Source: Actinomycetes bacterium (GTDB lineage Bacteria > Actinomycetota > Acidimicrobiia > IMCC26256). From it: a stretch of DNA of 64,000 nt. Under the pieces are notes generated by a model, which saw only the letters and a list, made by a program, of their open reading frames with translations, searched no databases and was not told the origin of the DNA. Positions 18,695 to 26,704 of the stretch are shown in pieces (within the stretch, counting starts at the first letter, position 1; each line of letters starts with the position of its first letter). The stretch covers positions 26,680 to 90,679 of the forward strand of contig JBJTWK010000081.1 in NCBI GenBank assembly GCA_046081705.1. Direction: 5' to 3'. The position numbers and the translations under genes were made by a program.

Positions 18695-19489
18695 ATGCGC
18701 ATCGCCACGGTGAACGTGAACGGACTGCGGGCCGCGGCCCGCAAGGGTCTCCACGACTGGGTGGCGGCGTGCGCGCCCGACATCGTGACGCTCCAGGAGG
18801 TGCGGGCCCCCGACGAGATGGTCGCCGACCTCATGGGCGAGGGCTGGCACGTCGTGCACGCGGAGAGCAGCGCGAAGGGCCGGGCCGGCGTGGCCGTGGC
18901 CAGCCGACTCCCCATCACCCGCACCCACGACGGCCGCGGCACCGGGGAGTTCACCGGCAACGGTCGGTGGGTCGAGGCCGACATCCGGACCGGCAGGCGC
19001 AAGCGACTCACCGTCATCTCCGCGTACGCCCACACCGGCGACGAGGAGTCGCCGGCGAAGATGGCCGAGAAGTTGGCGTGGTTCGAGGCCGCCACCGCAC
19101 GGCTCACCGAACTCCGCGACGAGGGCGGGCACGTGCTCCTCACCGGCGACCTCAACGTCGCCCACCGGGAGGCCGACCTCAAGAACTGGAAGGGCAACCT
19201 GAAGTCGGCCGGCTTCCTCCCCGAGGAGCGCGCGTACTTCGACCGCTGGTTCGACGACCTCGGCTGGGTCGACGTCGTACGGGCCGCCCACCCCGACCGG
19301 GACGGCCCCTACTCGTGGTGGTCGTTCCGTGGGAAGGCGTTCGACAACGACGCGGGCTGGCGCATCGACTACCAGATCGCCACCCCCGCACTGGCGAAGC
19401 TGGCGACCGCCGCGTGGGTCGACCGGTCCCCGTCGTACGCCGAACGCTGGTCCGACCACGCACCCGTCGTCGTCGACTACGGGATCTGA
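18695..19489 (+). CDS. xth: Exodeoxyribonuclease III
   Basis: MRIATVNVNGLRAA, LQEVR, GDLNVAH, YSWWSFRG, GWRIDYQ, SDHAPV. Confidence 0.95.
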   Translation: MRIATVNVNGLRAAARKGLHDWVAACAPDIVTLQEVRAPDEMVADLMGEGWHVVHAESSAKGRAGVAVASRLPITRTHDGRGTGEFTGNGRWVEADIRTGRRKRLTVISAYAHTGDEESPAKMAEKLAWFEAATARLTELRDEGGHVLLTGDLNVAHREADLKNWKGNLKSAGFLPEERAYFDRWFDDLGWVDVVRAAHPDRDGPYSWWSFRGKAFDNDAGWRIDYQIATPALAKLATAAWVDRSPSYAERWSDHAPVVVDYGI

Positions 19490-19496
19490 CGCGCCA

Positions 19497-19522
19497 CCGC
19501 CCCGGCTCAGAACCCGGGGCGG
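19497..19522. terminator. Hairpin between the convergent xth and tRNA-Arg genes
   Basis: CCGCCCCGG/CCGGGGCGG 9-bp stem with an 8-nt loop. Confidence 0.5.
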
Positions 19523-19532
19523 ATCGGTTGAG

Positions 19533-19605
19533 CGCGCTCGGAGGGATTCGAACCCCCAACCTTTTGATCCGTAGTCAAATGCTCTATCCGTTGAGCTACG
19601 AGCGC
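19533..19605 (-). tRNA. tRNA-Arg(ACG), CCA not encoded
   Basis: GCGCTCGTAGCTCAACGGATAGAGCATTTGACT-ACG-GATCAAAAGGTTGGGGGTTCGAATCCCTCCGAGCGCG folds as a cloverleaf. Confidence 0.97.
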
Positions 19606-19622
19606 AGGTGGTGCGGAGCCCG

Positions 19623-19628
19623 AGTGTA
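19623..19628 (-). promoter_or_regulatory. -10 element (TACACT) of the tRNA-Arg promoter
   Basis: TACACTCGGGC, the same 11-mer found upstream of tRNA-Ser(GCT). Confidence 0.6.
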
Positions 19629-19755
19629 GAGGACCCCGCCCGGGGTGGCCCATCCGGGTCCGGCGCTCAGCCGGCCGCCCGATCGGAGCCGTGCGGCGTC
19701 GACCCGGTCGGCACCCGTCCGTCGCTCACGCCCCCCGCCGGCGATCGGATCCCGG

Positions 19756-20148
19756 TCACCGGTGAGCACCTCGACGAGTTCGATCTGTCCGGCCACCCCC
19801 CACCTTCGCGTCGATGCCCGACAGCCGGTTGCGCACGGTGCCCGGGGCGTCGTGGAGACGCCGCGCGATCGTCGCCACCCGGTGGCCGGTGGCGAGGAGT
19901 TCCAGAATCTCGCGTTCGCACGCGTCGAGCGAGCATCGATCGACGAGATGCTGGACGCGCGCGTCGAGTCGCGGTTGATCCTCGATCGCGCCGGCCCGGC
20001 CCGTCGGCACCACGAGGACGAGTTCGACCCGCGCCACCACCCCCTCCGCTTCGAGGAGCGGGATACCCGTCAACTCGACCACGAGCACCCGTCCGTCGGC
20101 GCGCCGGAAGGCGCGCGTGCCGGTCACGATCTCACGACGGTCGAACAA
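19756..20148 (-). pseudogene. Truncated PAS-LuxR transcriptional regulator (probable remnant)
   Basis: PAS C-terminal strand RAFRRADGRVLVVELTGIPL, then LuxR HTH EREILELLATGHRVATIARRL...TVRNRLSGIDAKVG. No convincing start or full N-terminal PAS in frame. Confidence 0.5.
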
Positions 20149-20198
20149 CCCGCGCCGGACGACTGCGCGGCGCCGTGAGCGGCACCGCGAAGAGCTCG

Positions 20199-20291
20199 GT
20201 GATCGATCGGCCGACGACGGCCTACGTGCTCGCCATCGCCGTGATCGCCACGTGCGTCGGTGCGCTCCTCGCCCTCACGCTCACCGCCTGA
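20199..20291 (+). CDS. Small single-pass membrane peptide (~30 aa)
   Basis: (V)IDRPTTAYVLAIAVIATCVGALLALTLTA; GC-rich third positions; alternative GTG start at 20175. Confidence 0.4.
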   Translation: MIDRPTTAYVLAIAVIATCVGALLALTLTA

Positions 20292-20368
20292 TCCCATCGC
20301 TCGCACGGCGGGCGGGCCGCACGGCGTCTACGATCCCCCTCGACACGATCAGCGCTCGAGGGACAGCC

Positions 20369-20869
20369 ATGCAGCGCACACTCGGCACCACCATCGTCAC
20401 CATCCTGTTCTCGATCCTCGCGGCGTCCCCCGCCCACGCGGCGAGCGGCGTTCCTCCCGTCCGGTACGTGAACGCGAACGCCTGGGCCCCGTTGGAGTTC
20501 ACCGCCTGCGGCTTCGAGGAGCGGGGCGGCATGGTCGCCTTCTCCCGGGAACGCACCGACGCCGTCGCGAGCGAGTGGGCCTTCTCCTCGAGCTCGTGCC
20601 TCACCCGTTCCGACGGCTGCCCGAAGAGGTTCGCCGTCTGCTACCAGGAATCCGGGACCATCGCACTGGTCACACCCGACGGCGAGATCTTCGGCACGTT
20701 CACCGGGATCGGCGACGCCGGCTACACGTTCAGCTGGGACGTTCGATTCACGGGCGGCACGGGGACCTGGCAGGGTGCGCGCGGGCGCGCGTCGGTCGAC
20801 GGTGGCCGCGTGTTCGGCGGGACGATCACGAGCAGTTCCCAGTGGACCTTCATCGGACTCCGGGCCTGA
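20369..20869 (+). CDS. Secreted hypothetical protein, dirigent/allene-oxide-cyclase-like beta-barrel
   Basis: GAGGGA RBS; signal peptide ending SPAHA; FTGGTGTWQGARG resembles the dirigent GGTG-F-GA-G motif. Confidence 0.55.
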   Translation: MQRTLGTTIVTILFSILAASPAHAASGVPPVRYVNANAWAPLEFTACGFEERGGMVAFSRERTDAVASEWAFSSSSCLTRSDGCPKRFAVCYQESGTIALVTPDGEIFGTFTGIGDAGYTFSWDVRFTGGTGTWQGARGRASVDGGRVFGGTITSSSQWTFIGLRA

Positions 20870-20908
20870 CGCACCGGGCCCGCCGCGCACCCTCGCTAGG
20901 GTGACGAC

Positions 20909-21001
20909 GTGACCACCGAGTTCCTTCCTCGCCGGACCTCGGTCCGCACGACAGCCCGCCGGACCACGGACCGCCCACCCGCGACCGGGGCACCCCGATG
21001 A
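20909..21001 (+). CDS. Candidate leaderless 30-aa upstream ORF coupled to the NIPSNAP gene
   Basis: TAGGGT-6 nt-GTG; MTTEFLPRRTSVRTTARRTTDRPPATGAPR; its TGA overlaps the next ATG (ATGA). Confidence 0.3.
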   Translation: MTTEFLPRRTSVRTTARRTTDRPPATGAPR

Positions 21002-21738
21002 CGAACCCGCACGTCTACATCCACGAGTTCATCGACATCATCGGGCACAACCGGGCCCGCTACATGCAGCACATGACGGCGAACTGGTGCCCGGTGGCGC
21101 GGGAGGAGCGCAACCAGCTGTGCTTCGGCGTGTGGGCCACCGTGGGGGCCACGGGGCGCTGGCCCGAGGTCGTGAACCTCTGGGAGATCAGCGACTGGGA
21201 CGGCCTCGCCGCCGACTTCGAGCACGAACTCGTCGGCTCGGGGGCTCAGGACCCCGCGCTCGTCGAGTGGTGGGCGGCGGCCGCATCGTTGCGGCGCGGG
21301 GGCGTCGACCGGATCCTGGTGCCCGAACCGTGGAGCCGGTCCATCGAGCAGCACACGGCGCACGGCACGCGGGGCACGGTCTACGCGCACGAGGTCGTGA
21401 CCACCGCACCGGGCGAGGTGCAGCGCTACCTCGACGCGCTGCACGACGAGGGCCTCGCCGCCCACGCCGAACTCGGGCTCACCCCGATCGGCGCGTTCCA
21501 CACGGCGATGCGGGCCCGCGACGAGGCGATCGTCATCTGGGCGATCCCGGACTGGCCCACCTGGGCCGCCCTCGAGCGGGTGTGGGACGACGACCGCGCC
21601 CGCTGGCCATGGCGGTCCCGCGGCCTCGCGTTCGGTGCACGCACCGAGCGCACGCTGCTCGTGGATGCGCCCCTCAGTCCGCTGCGCACCGGGCGCCAAC
21701 CGCAGGTCGAGGACCGGCGTCCGCTCGACGAGTTCTGA
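20998..21738 (+). CDS. NIPSNAP-family protein (duplicated dimeric alpha-beta barrel)
   Basis: YIHEFIDIIGHNRARYMQH, FGVWATVGATGRWPEVVNLWE, and a second repeat IGAFHTAMRARDEAIVIWAIPDW. Confidence 0.75.
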   Translation: MTNPHVYIHEFIDIIGHNRARYMQHMTANWCPVAREERNQLCFGVWATVGATGRWPEVVNLWEISDWDGLAADFEHELVGSGAQDPALVEWWAAAASLRRGGVDRILVPEPWSRSIEQHTAHGTRGTVYAHEVVTTAPGEVQRYLDALHDEGLAAHAELGLTPIGAFHTAMRARDEAIVIWAIPDWPTWAALERVWDDDRARWPWRSRGLAFGARTERTLLVDAPLSPLRTGRQPQVEDRRPLDEF

Positions 21739-21739
21739 G

Positions 21740-22693
21740 GTGGGCCGAGTCGTCATCACCCGGCGCCTGCCCGCGGGTGGACTCACCCCGCTCCTCGACG
21801 CCGGCCACGAGGTGGTCACGAACGACGACGACCGGGTGTTCGGTACCACCGACCTCGTCGAGGCCGCGCGCACGTCCGATGCGATCGTCTGCCTGCTCAC
21901 CGACCGGATCGACGCCGAGGTGCTCGAGGCCGGAGCTGCGGGCGGTCGCCTCCGGGTCGTCGCCAACGCCGCCGTCGGGTACGACAACATCGACGTGACC
22001 ACCGCGGCACGACTCGGCATCGTGGTGACGAACACGCCGGATGTGCTCACCGAGACCACTGCGGACACCACCTGGCTCCTCATCCTCGCGGCCCGTCGGC
22101 TCGCCACCGGGGCCGAGGCCGACCTGCGCGCCGGCCGCTGGGCGGGCTGGGGTTTCGAGGACCACCTCGCCCTCGACGTCCACGGTGCCCGCCTCGGACT
22201 CGTCGGGTACGGGCGCATCGGGCGCGCCGTCGCCCGTCGGGCCGTGGCGTTCGGTATGGACGTCGTCCACCACACCCGCCACGACACCGGCGCACCGGGC
22301 TGGACGGCCGACCTCGACGCTCTGCTCGCCACGGCCGACGTCGTGAGCCTCCACGTGCCCCTCACCGACACGACGCGCCACCTCATCGACCGCGATCGAC
22401 TCGCCCGACTCAAGGGGTCGGCCACGCTCGTGAACACGACCCGCGGCCCGGTGGTCGACGAGGCCGCCCTCGCCGAGGCCCTCCACGCCGGGCGGCTCTT
22501 CTCCGCCGGGCTCGACGTCTACGAACACGAGCCGGTCGTGCACCCCGACCTGCTCACCGCGCCGCGCACGGTCCTGCTCCCCCACATCGGTTCGGCGACC
22601 GTCGGCACCCGCACCGCCATGGCCCACCTCGCCGCCACGAACGCGGCGGCGGTCCTCGCCGGCGGACCTCCGCCGAACCGCGTCACGTCGTAG
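21740..22693 (+). CDS. D-isomer-specific 2-hydroxyacid dehydrogenase (glyoxylate reductase-like)
   Basis: AVGYDNID, TNTPDVLT, GYGRIG, SLHVPL, NTTRGPVVDE, GLDVYEHEP, LPHIGSAT. Confidence 0.95.
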   Translation: MGRVVITRRLPAGGLTPLLDAGHEVVTNDDDRVFGTTDLVEAARTSDAIVCLLTDRIDAEVLEAGAAGGRLRVVANAAVGYDNIDVTTAARLGIVVTNTPDVLTETTADTTWLLILAARRLATGAEADLRAGRWAGWGFEDHLALDVHGARLGLVGYGRIGRAVARRAVAFGMDVVHHTRHDTGAPGWTADLDALLATADVVSLHVPLTDTTRHLIDRDRLARLKGSATLVNTTRGPVVDEAALAEALHAGRLFSAGLDVYEHEPVVHPDLLTAPRTVLLPHIGSATVGTRTAMAHLAATNAAAVLAGGPPPNRVTS

Positions 22694-22704
22694 TCCGACG
22701 CGAC

Positions 22705-22728
22705 GACGGCCCCCTCGCGGGGGCCGTC
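22705..22728. terminator. Bidirectional terminator-like hairpin
   Basis: Perfect stem GACGGCCCCC-TCGC-GGGGGCCGTC between the convergent dehydrogenase and tRNA-Ser genes. Confidence 0.7.
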
Positions 22729-22732
22729 TCGA

Positions 22733-22825
22733 TGGCGGAGGGAGAGGGATTTGAACCCTCGAGGGGGCTTTGCACCCCCTACTCGCTTAGCAGGCGAGCA
22801 CTTTCGGCCACTCAGTCATCCCTCC
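22733..22825 (-). tRNA. tRNA-Ser(GCT), CCA encoded
   Basis: GGAGGGATGACTGAGTGGCCGAAAGTGCTCGCCT-GCT-AAGCGAGTAGGGGGTGCAAAGCCCCCTCGAGGGTTCAAATCCCTCTCCCTCCGCCA; long variable arm. Confidence 0.97.
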
Positions 22826-22836
22826 GAGAGCGCCCG

Positions 22837-22842
22837 AGTGTA
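22837..22842 (-). promoter_or_regulatory. -10 element (TACACT) of the tRNA-Ser(GCT) promoter
   Basis: TACACTCGGGC, 11 nt before the mature 5' end. Confidence 0.6.
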
Positions 22843-22885
22843 CCCGGCGTCGGGACCGGGTCCACCGGCCGGGCGGCCGTGCCGA

Positions 22886-24559
22886 TCAGTCGTCGGCGCC
22901 CTGGTCGCGCAGGTGTCCGCCGACGTGGCCGATGACGAGTCGCCGCACCGGTGAGCCACCCGGAGCACCCGGTGTCTCGTCGAGCGCGCAGTAGATCCGG
23001 AGCAGTTGCTTCCCGCCGCTCATCCGCAGGTGCGGTCCGAGCACGACCTGGCGACCGTCGACCTCGCGCAGGTAGTCGGCCGCGAACTTCTGCTTCGCCG
23101 TGTCGGACACGCCGCCGGCCCAGTCGAGGCCGAGTCCGCGCGCCGTCGCGGTGAAACTCCCAGTGAGTGCACCGGACGCCCACTCGCTCGCGAGGAACTC
23201 GAGCCTCGTGAACGCGGTCCACACCTCGTTCGTCCGGTCGTACTGCCACCGGCGCGCCGACTCGATCGCCTCGGGGAGGATCCGCAGGTGGGGCAACTCC
23301 CGGGCGCGCTGGACGACGGCGACGAGCGGTTCGGCCGGCGGCGGTGCGTCGGTGACCTCGCCCGCGTGGGCCCGAGCGATCCAGCGGTCGCGCATCGTGT
23401 CGAAGTCCCGCTGCACCCGGTCGCGGTCCGCCTCCACCCGCGCGAGGTGCTCGCGCACCCGCTGCAGTTCGCCGAGCGCCTCCTCGAGGAGTTCCTCCTC
23501 GACCGCGTCCGCGGGCGCGGCGGCCACCACGGGCTCGGGCACCGGTTCGGGCGCGACGGGTACGGCGGGCGCGACCACCGGCGGCGCAGCGACGGGCGGC
23601 TCCGCGACGGGAGGTTCGACAGCGAGCGGTTCCTCGACCCGGGCCGCACGTTCGGCCCGCCGACGCTCGATCGTGCGACGGACCTCGGCCGCCTCGAGTC
23701 GGGCGACCAGCGGCGGATCCGGCACCCGGAGCGCACCCGCGGTGAACACGGCGTCGACGACCGCACCGATGAACGAGGGCTGGGGCCGCCCGTCGTGGCG
23801 CACCACGTCGGTGACCTGCCACGCCCGATTGCGCGCCGCGTCGATCGAACGGAACCGGGGCCAGTAGAGCCGCGCCCCGCCGCGTGGCACGGCGTGCACG
23901 GCCCCGACCTCCCGGTTGAACGCGTCCGTCGACGCGCCGCCCTGCAGCAGGTGCACGTGGGCGAGGCCGGCGACCCGGAAGGCGACGGTCGTGGCGACGG
24001 GCGCGGTGCGTCCGTCGCCCGCGTCCGAGATCACGAGCACCGGCAGGTGCCGCAGCGACGTGAGGAACGCGTCGAGCGCGAGCGCGTCGTCGGCGGCGGT
24101 GGGCTTCGGGCCGATCGAGAGCCGGGCCATCGCGTCCTCGAACGCGATCGCCCCGATGAGTTCGGTGACGATGCCGGGCGGCGTGCGCGGGTTGTCGACG
24201 GGCGGGGTCAGGGTCGGATCGATCGACCCGATCGCCTCCCGCACCACGACCCACCCACGCTCGTCCTCGACGCCGATGATCGCCTCGGTGCGCAGCCGCA
24301 GCGCCGGGTCCGGGTGCGGACGCTCCCAGAGGATGACCGTGGCCGCGTCATCGCTCTTGTCGTCGTGGAGCCGTCGGATCCGGACCCGGTGGTCGGGCGC
24401 GGGCGCCCAGTCCGTGAGGTCGTCGTCGGTCCAGTCGTCACTCCCCGCGTACTGCTCGAAGAGGCGACGGGCGATGACGCGGGCGTTGAACGCGTCGGTG
24501 CGCGTGCGCGCCCCGGACTCGTAGACCATGTCGAGTCTGCACGCGTAGACCTGCCGCAC
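22886..24559 (-). CDS. Uncharacterised 557-aa protein: N-terminal alpha/beta region, Pro-rich linker, coiled coil, possible RelE-like C-terminal domain
   Basis: GAGGAGG RBS; coding-like composition; VEPPVAEPPVAAPP linker; EELLEEALGELQRVREHLARVEADRDRVQRDF coil; C-terminal GPHLR...LRIYC...RLVIGHVGGHL. Confidence 0.65.
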   Translation of the reverse strand: MRQVYACRLDMVYESGARTRTDAFNARVIARRLFEQYAGSDDWTDDDLTDWAPAPDHRVRIRRLHDDKSDDAATVILWERPHPDPALRLRTEAIIGVEDERGWVVVREAIGSIDPTLTPPVDNPRTPPGIVTELIGAIAFEDAMARLSIGPKPTAADDALALDAFLTSLRHLPVLVISDAGDGRTAPVATTVAFRVAGLAHVHLLQGGASTDAFNREVGAVHAVPRGGARLYWPRFRSIDAARNRAWQVTDVVRHDGRPQPSFIGAVVDAVFTAGALRVPDPPLVARLEAAEVRRTIERRRAERAARVEEPLAVEPPVAEPPVAAPPVVAPAVPVAPEPVPEPVVAAAPADAVEEELLEEALGELQRVREHLARVEADRDRVQRDFDTMRDRWIARAHAGEVTDAPPPAEPLVAVVQRARELPHLRILPEAIESARRWQYDRTNEVWTAFTRLEFLASEWASGALTGSFTATARGLGLDWAGGVSDTAKQKFAADYLREVDGRQVVLGPHLRMSGGKQLLRIYCALDETPGAPGGSPVRRLVIGHVGGHLRDQGADD

Positions 24560-24692
24560 CGGATGCGCCCTCCTCGACGGCGAGGCTACCCGGCGGCCCC
24601 TCGGGCCCCCACCGACGAACTCTGGAGGGTTTCCGTCGCTCCAGCAACGGTTTCCCTACGAAGTTCGGGACTCGGGTCGGGTGACCTCGGGG

Positions 24693-25160
24693 TCAGTCGC
24701 CGAGGGCGAGGCGCTCGAGACGCTCGAGGGTGCGCTCCATGTTGGGCGTCACCTGCTTCTCCATGCCCACGAGGCCGTAGATGCCGCGCTGCTTCGATCG
24801 GGTCGGGTCCCAGGTCTCGGTCACGAGCGTGCCGCCCTCGACCTCCTCGAACTCGTACCGCCAGATCACCGGACCGATGCGACGGGCCAGGATCCCGGGA
24901 CCGTCGAGCTTCGGGGTCCACGCGAAGCGCCGACCCTCCTCGTACTCCACGACCTCGTTGACCATCTTGTACGGGATGTACATGTGCATCGACATCCCGA
25001 ACGTGTCACCGGGTCCGACCTTCCCGGACGGGAGCGGCGAGCTCCTGACCGTGCCGGAGCCGTCGAAGGCGGGGTGCTGCGACGGGTCCGCCACGAGGTC
25101 GAACAGCCGCTGAGCGGGCGCGGGGATGAGCCGGGATGCGGTCTTCACGCTTGCTGCCAT
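24693..25160 (-). CDS. SRPBCC/polyketide cyclase family protein
   Basis: IPAPAQRLFDLVADPSQHPAFDGSG, NEVVEYEEGRRFAW, WRYEFEEVEGGTLVTETWD, MERTLERLERL. Confidence 0.9.
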   Translation of the reverse strand: MAASVKTASRLIPAPAQRLFDLVADPSQHPAFDGSGTVRSSPLPSGKVGPGDTFGMSMHMYIPYKMVNEVVEYEEGRRFAWTPKLDGPGILARRIGPVIWRYEFEEVEGGTLVTETWDPTRSKQRGIYGLVGMEKQVTPNMERTLERLERLALGD

Positions 25161-25194
25161 GTCGGGAGGATAACCCCGAGCCGCCCGATCGGCC

Positions 25195-25548
25195 TCAGGT
25201 CGTGACCCGCACGGCGAGCGCGGTCGCGGCCCACGGACCGAGCGGTTCCCCACCTCCGGCCCCGTACTTGCTCGCCAGCGCCCGCCGTACCGGCGCATCG
25301 GCCGGCAGGTCCGGGACCACCATCGCCGTCCGCCCCACCCGGGACCCGGCGACCTCGAACGCCACGGCGGGATCGACCGCGAGGTTGCGCACCCAGTCGG
25401 TCGAGCCGTCGGGTTCCGTGAGGAGCCAGCAGGCGCCGTCCGACCAGACGAACCAGATCTCGATCCGATGGGGGCGGCCGGACCGGCGCCCGGTCGTCGT
25501 GAGGTACCCGAACTCCTCCCCCGCCCACGCGGGAGCCGCGCCGGTCAG
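25195..25548 (-). CDS. Deazaflavin (F420)-dependent nitroreductase family protein
   Basis: YLTTTGRRSGRPHRIEIWF, DWVRNLAVDPAV, RRALASKYG; start uncertain (CTG overlapping the upstream TGA). Confidence 0.8.
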   Translation of the reverse strand: MTGAAPAWAGEEFGYLTTTGRRSGRPHRIEIWFVWSDGACWLLTEPDGSTDWVRNLAVDPAVAFEVAGSRVGRTAMVVPDLPADAPVRRALASKYGAGGGEPLGPWAATALAVRVTT

Positions 25549-26657
25549 GACGCGGCCAGCATGCGGCCGAGGCGGGCGAGCGTCGGGGTGGCGGCCCCGA
25601 GGGTGAACTCGTTCTCCTTGAGCCACAGGAAGTAGCGGTGGATCGGGTAGTCGACGTCGATCGAGATGCCGCCGTGCACGTGCAGCACCGCGAACCCGAC
25701 GCGGCTGCCGCCCTCGGCCGCCCAGTACTTCGCCGTCGCGACCTCCTCACGGGCCGCCTCGCCGAGCGCCAGGTGGGACGCCGCACCGAGCATCGTGAGG
25801 TGGATGCCCTGGGTGTCGATGAACGAGTCGGCCATGCGCTGACCGACGGCCTGGAACGTGGCGAGCGGGCGATCGAACTGCTTGCGGTTCGTCACGTGCT
25901 CGGCCGCGATCCGGATCGCCTCCTGCGCGCAGCCCGCGCTGATGGCGCACAGGGCGACGGTCGCGTGGTCGAGGATCGAGCGCAGCGTCGCACCGTCGTC
26001 GAGCGTGCCGCCGAGGAGCGCGTCGACCCCGACCTGCACGTCGGTGAGGGTCACCTCGAACCGGGGCTCGTGCGACATGGTGTCCTGACGTCCGAGGGTG
26101 ACCCCGGCCGTCTTCGGGTCGACGAGGAAGACGCCGATCCCGTCCGGGGTCGTCGCCGGCACGAGCATCACGGCGGCGAGATGCGCCGCGGGGACCGTCG
26201 ACTTCACACCCGAGATGGTCCAGCCGTCACCGGCCCGGGTCGCGGTCGTCGACGGCGCCTCGGGGTCCGCACCGAACTCCTCGTACGCGCCGGTGAGCAC
26301 GGTCGATCCGGCGACGACACCCGGCAGGTGCGCCGCACGCTGCGCGTCGGTGCCGTACGTGGCGATCGGGAACGCGCCGGCGGCGAGGGTCGCCCACATC
26401 GGCATCGGCACGACGCGCCGCCCCTGCTCCTGCAGGATGAGGCAGAGCTCGAGGAAGCCGAAGCCGAGCCCACCGTGGGCCTCCGGCACGGCGACACCGA
26501 GCAGGTTCGCCGTCGCGAACTCGGCCCACGTGTCGCGGTCGAACCAGTCGTCGCTGGCGTCGAGTTCCTTGAGCCGCAGCAGCGTGCCCTTGTCGGTGAG
26601 GATCTGAGCGGCGAGACCCTGGAGTGCCTGCTGCTCGTCGGTGAGGGTGAAGTCCAT
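25545..26657 (-). CDS. Acyl-CoA dehydrogenase, non-catalytic alpha-type subunit (ChsE/FadE27-28-like)
   Basis: MDFTLTDEQQAL, GLGFGFLELCLILQEQGR, RKQFDRPLATFQAV, HVHGGISIDVDYPIHRYF. Confidence 0.85.
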   Translation of the reverse strand: MDFTLTDEQQALQGLAAQILTDKGTLLRLKELDASDDWFDRDTWAEFATANLLGVAVPEAHGGLGFGFLELCLILQEQGRRVVPMPMWATLAAGAFPIATYGTDAQRAAHLPGVVAGSTVLTGAYEEFGADPEAPSTTATRAGDGWTISGVKSTVPAAHLAAVMLVPATTPDGIGVFLVDPKTAGVTLGRQDTMSHEPRFEVTLTDVQVGVDALLGGTLDDGATLRSILDHATVALCAISAGCAQEAIRIAAEHVTNRKQFDRPLATFQAVGQRMADSFIDTQGIHLTMLGAASHLALGEAAREEVATAKYWAAEGGSRVGFAVLHVHGGISIDVDYPIHRYFLWLKENEFTLGAATPTLARLGRMLAAS

Positions 26658-26704
26658 CGGATGCTCCTGGATGCGTGCGTCGGGTCGGTGGGTCGCGTCG
26701 CGGG

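Noticed and set aside
19609-19620. TGGTGCGGAG resembling a degenerate tRNA-Ser 3' end (att remnant) beside tRNA-Arg
   Set aside because: Too short and needs a 2-nt insertion; expected by chance at this GC content.
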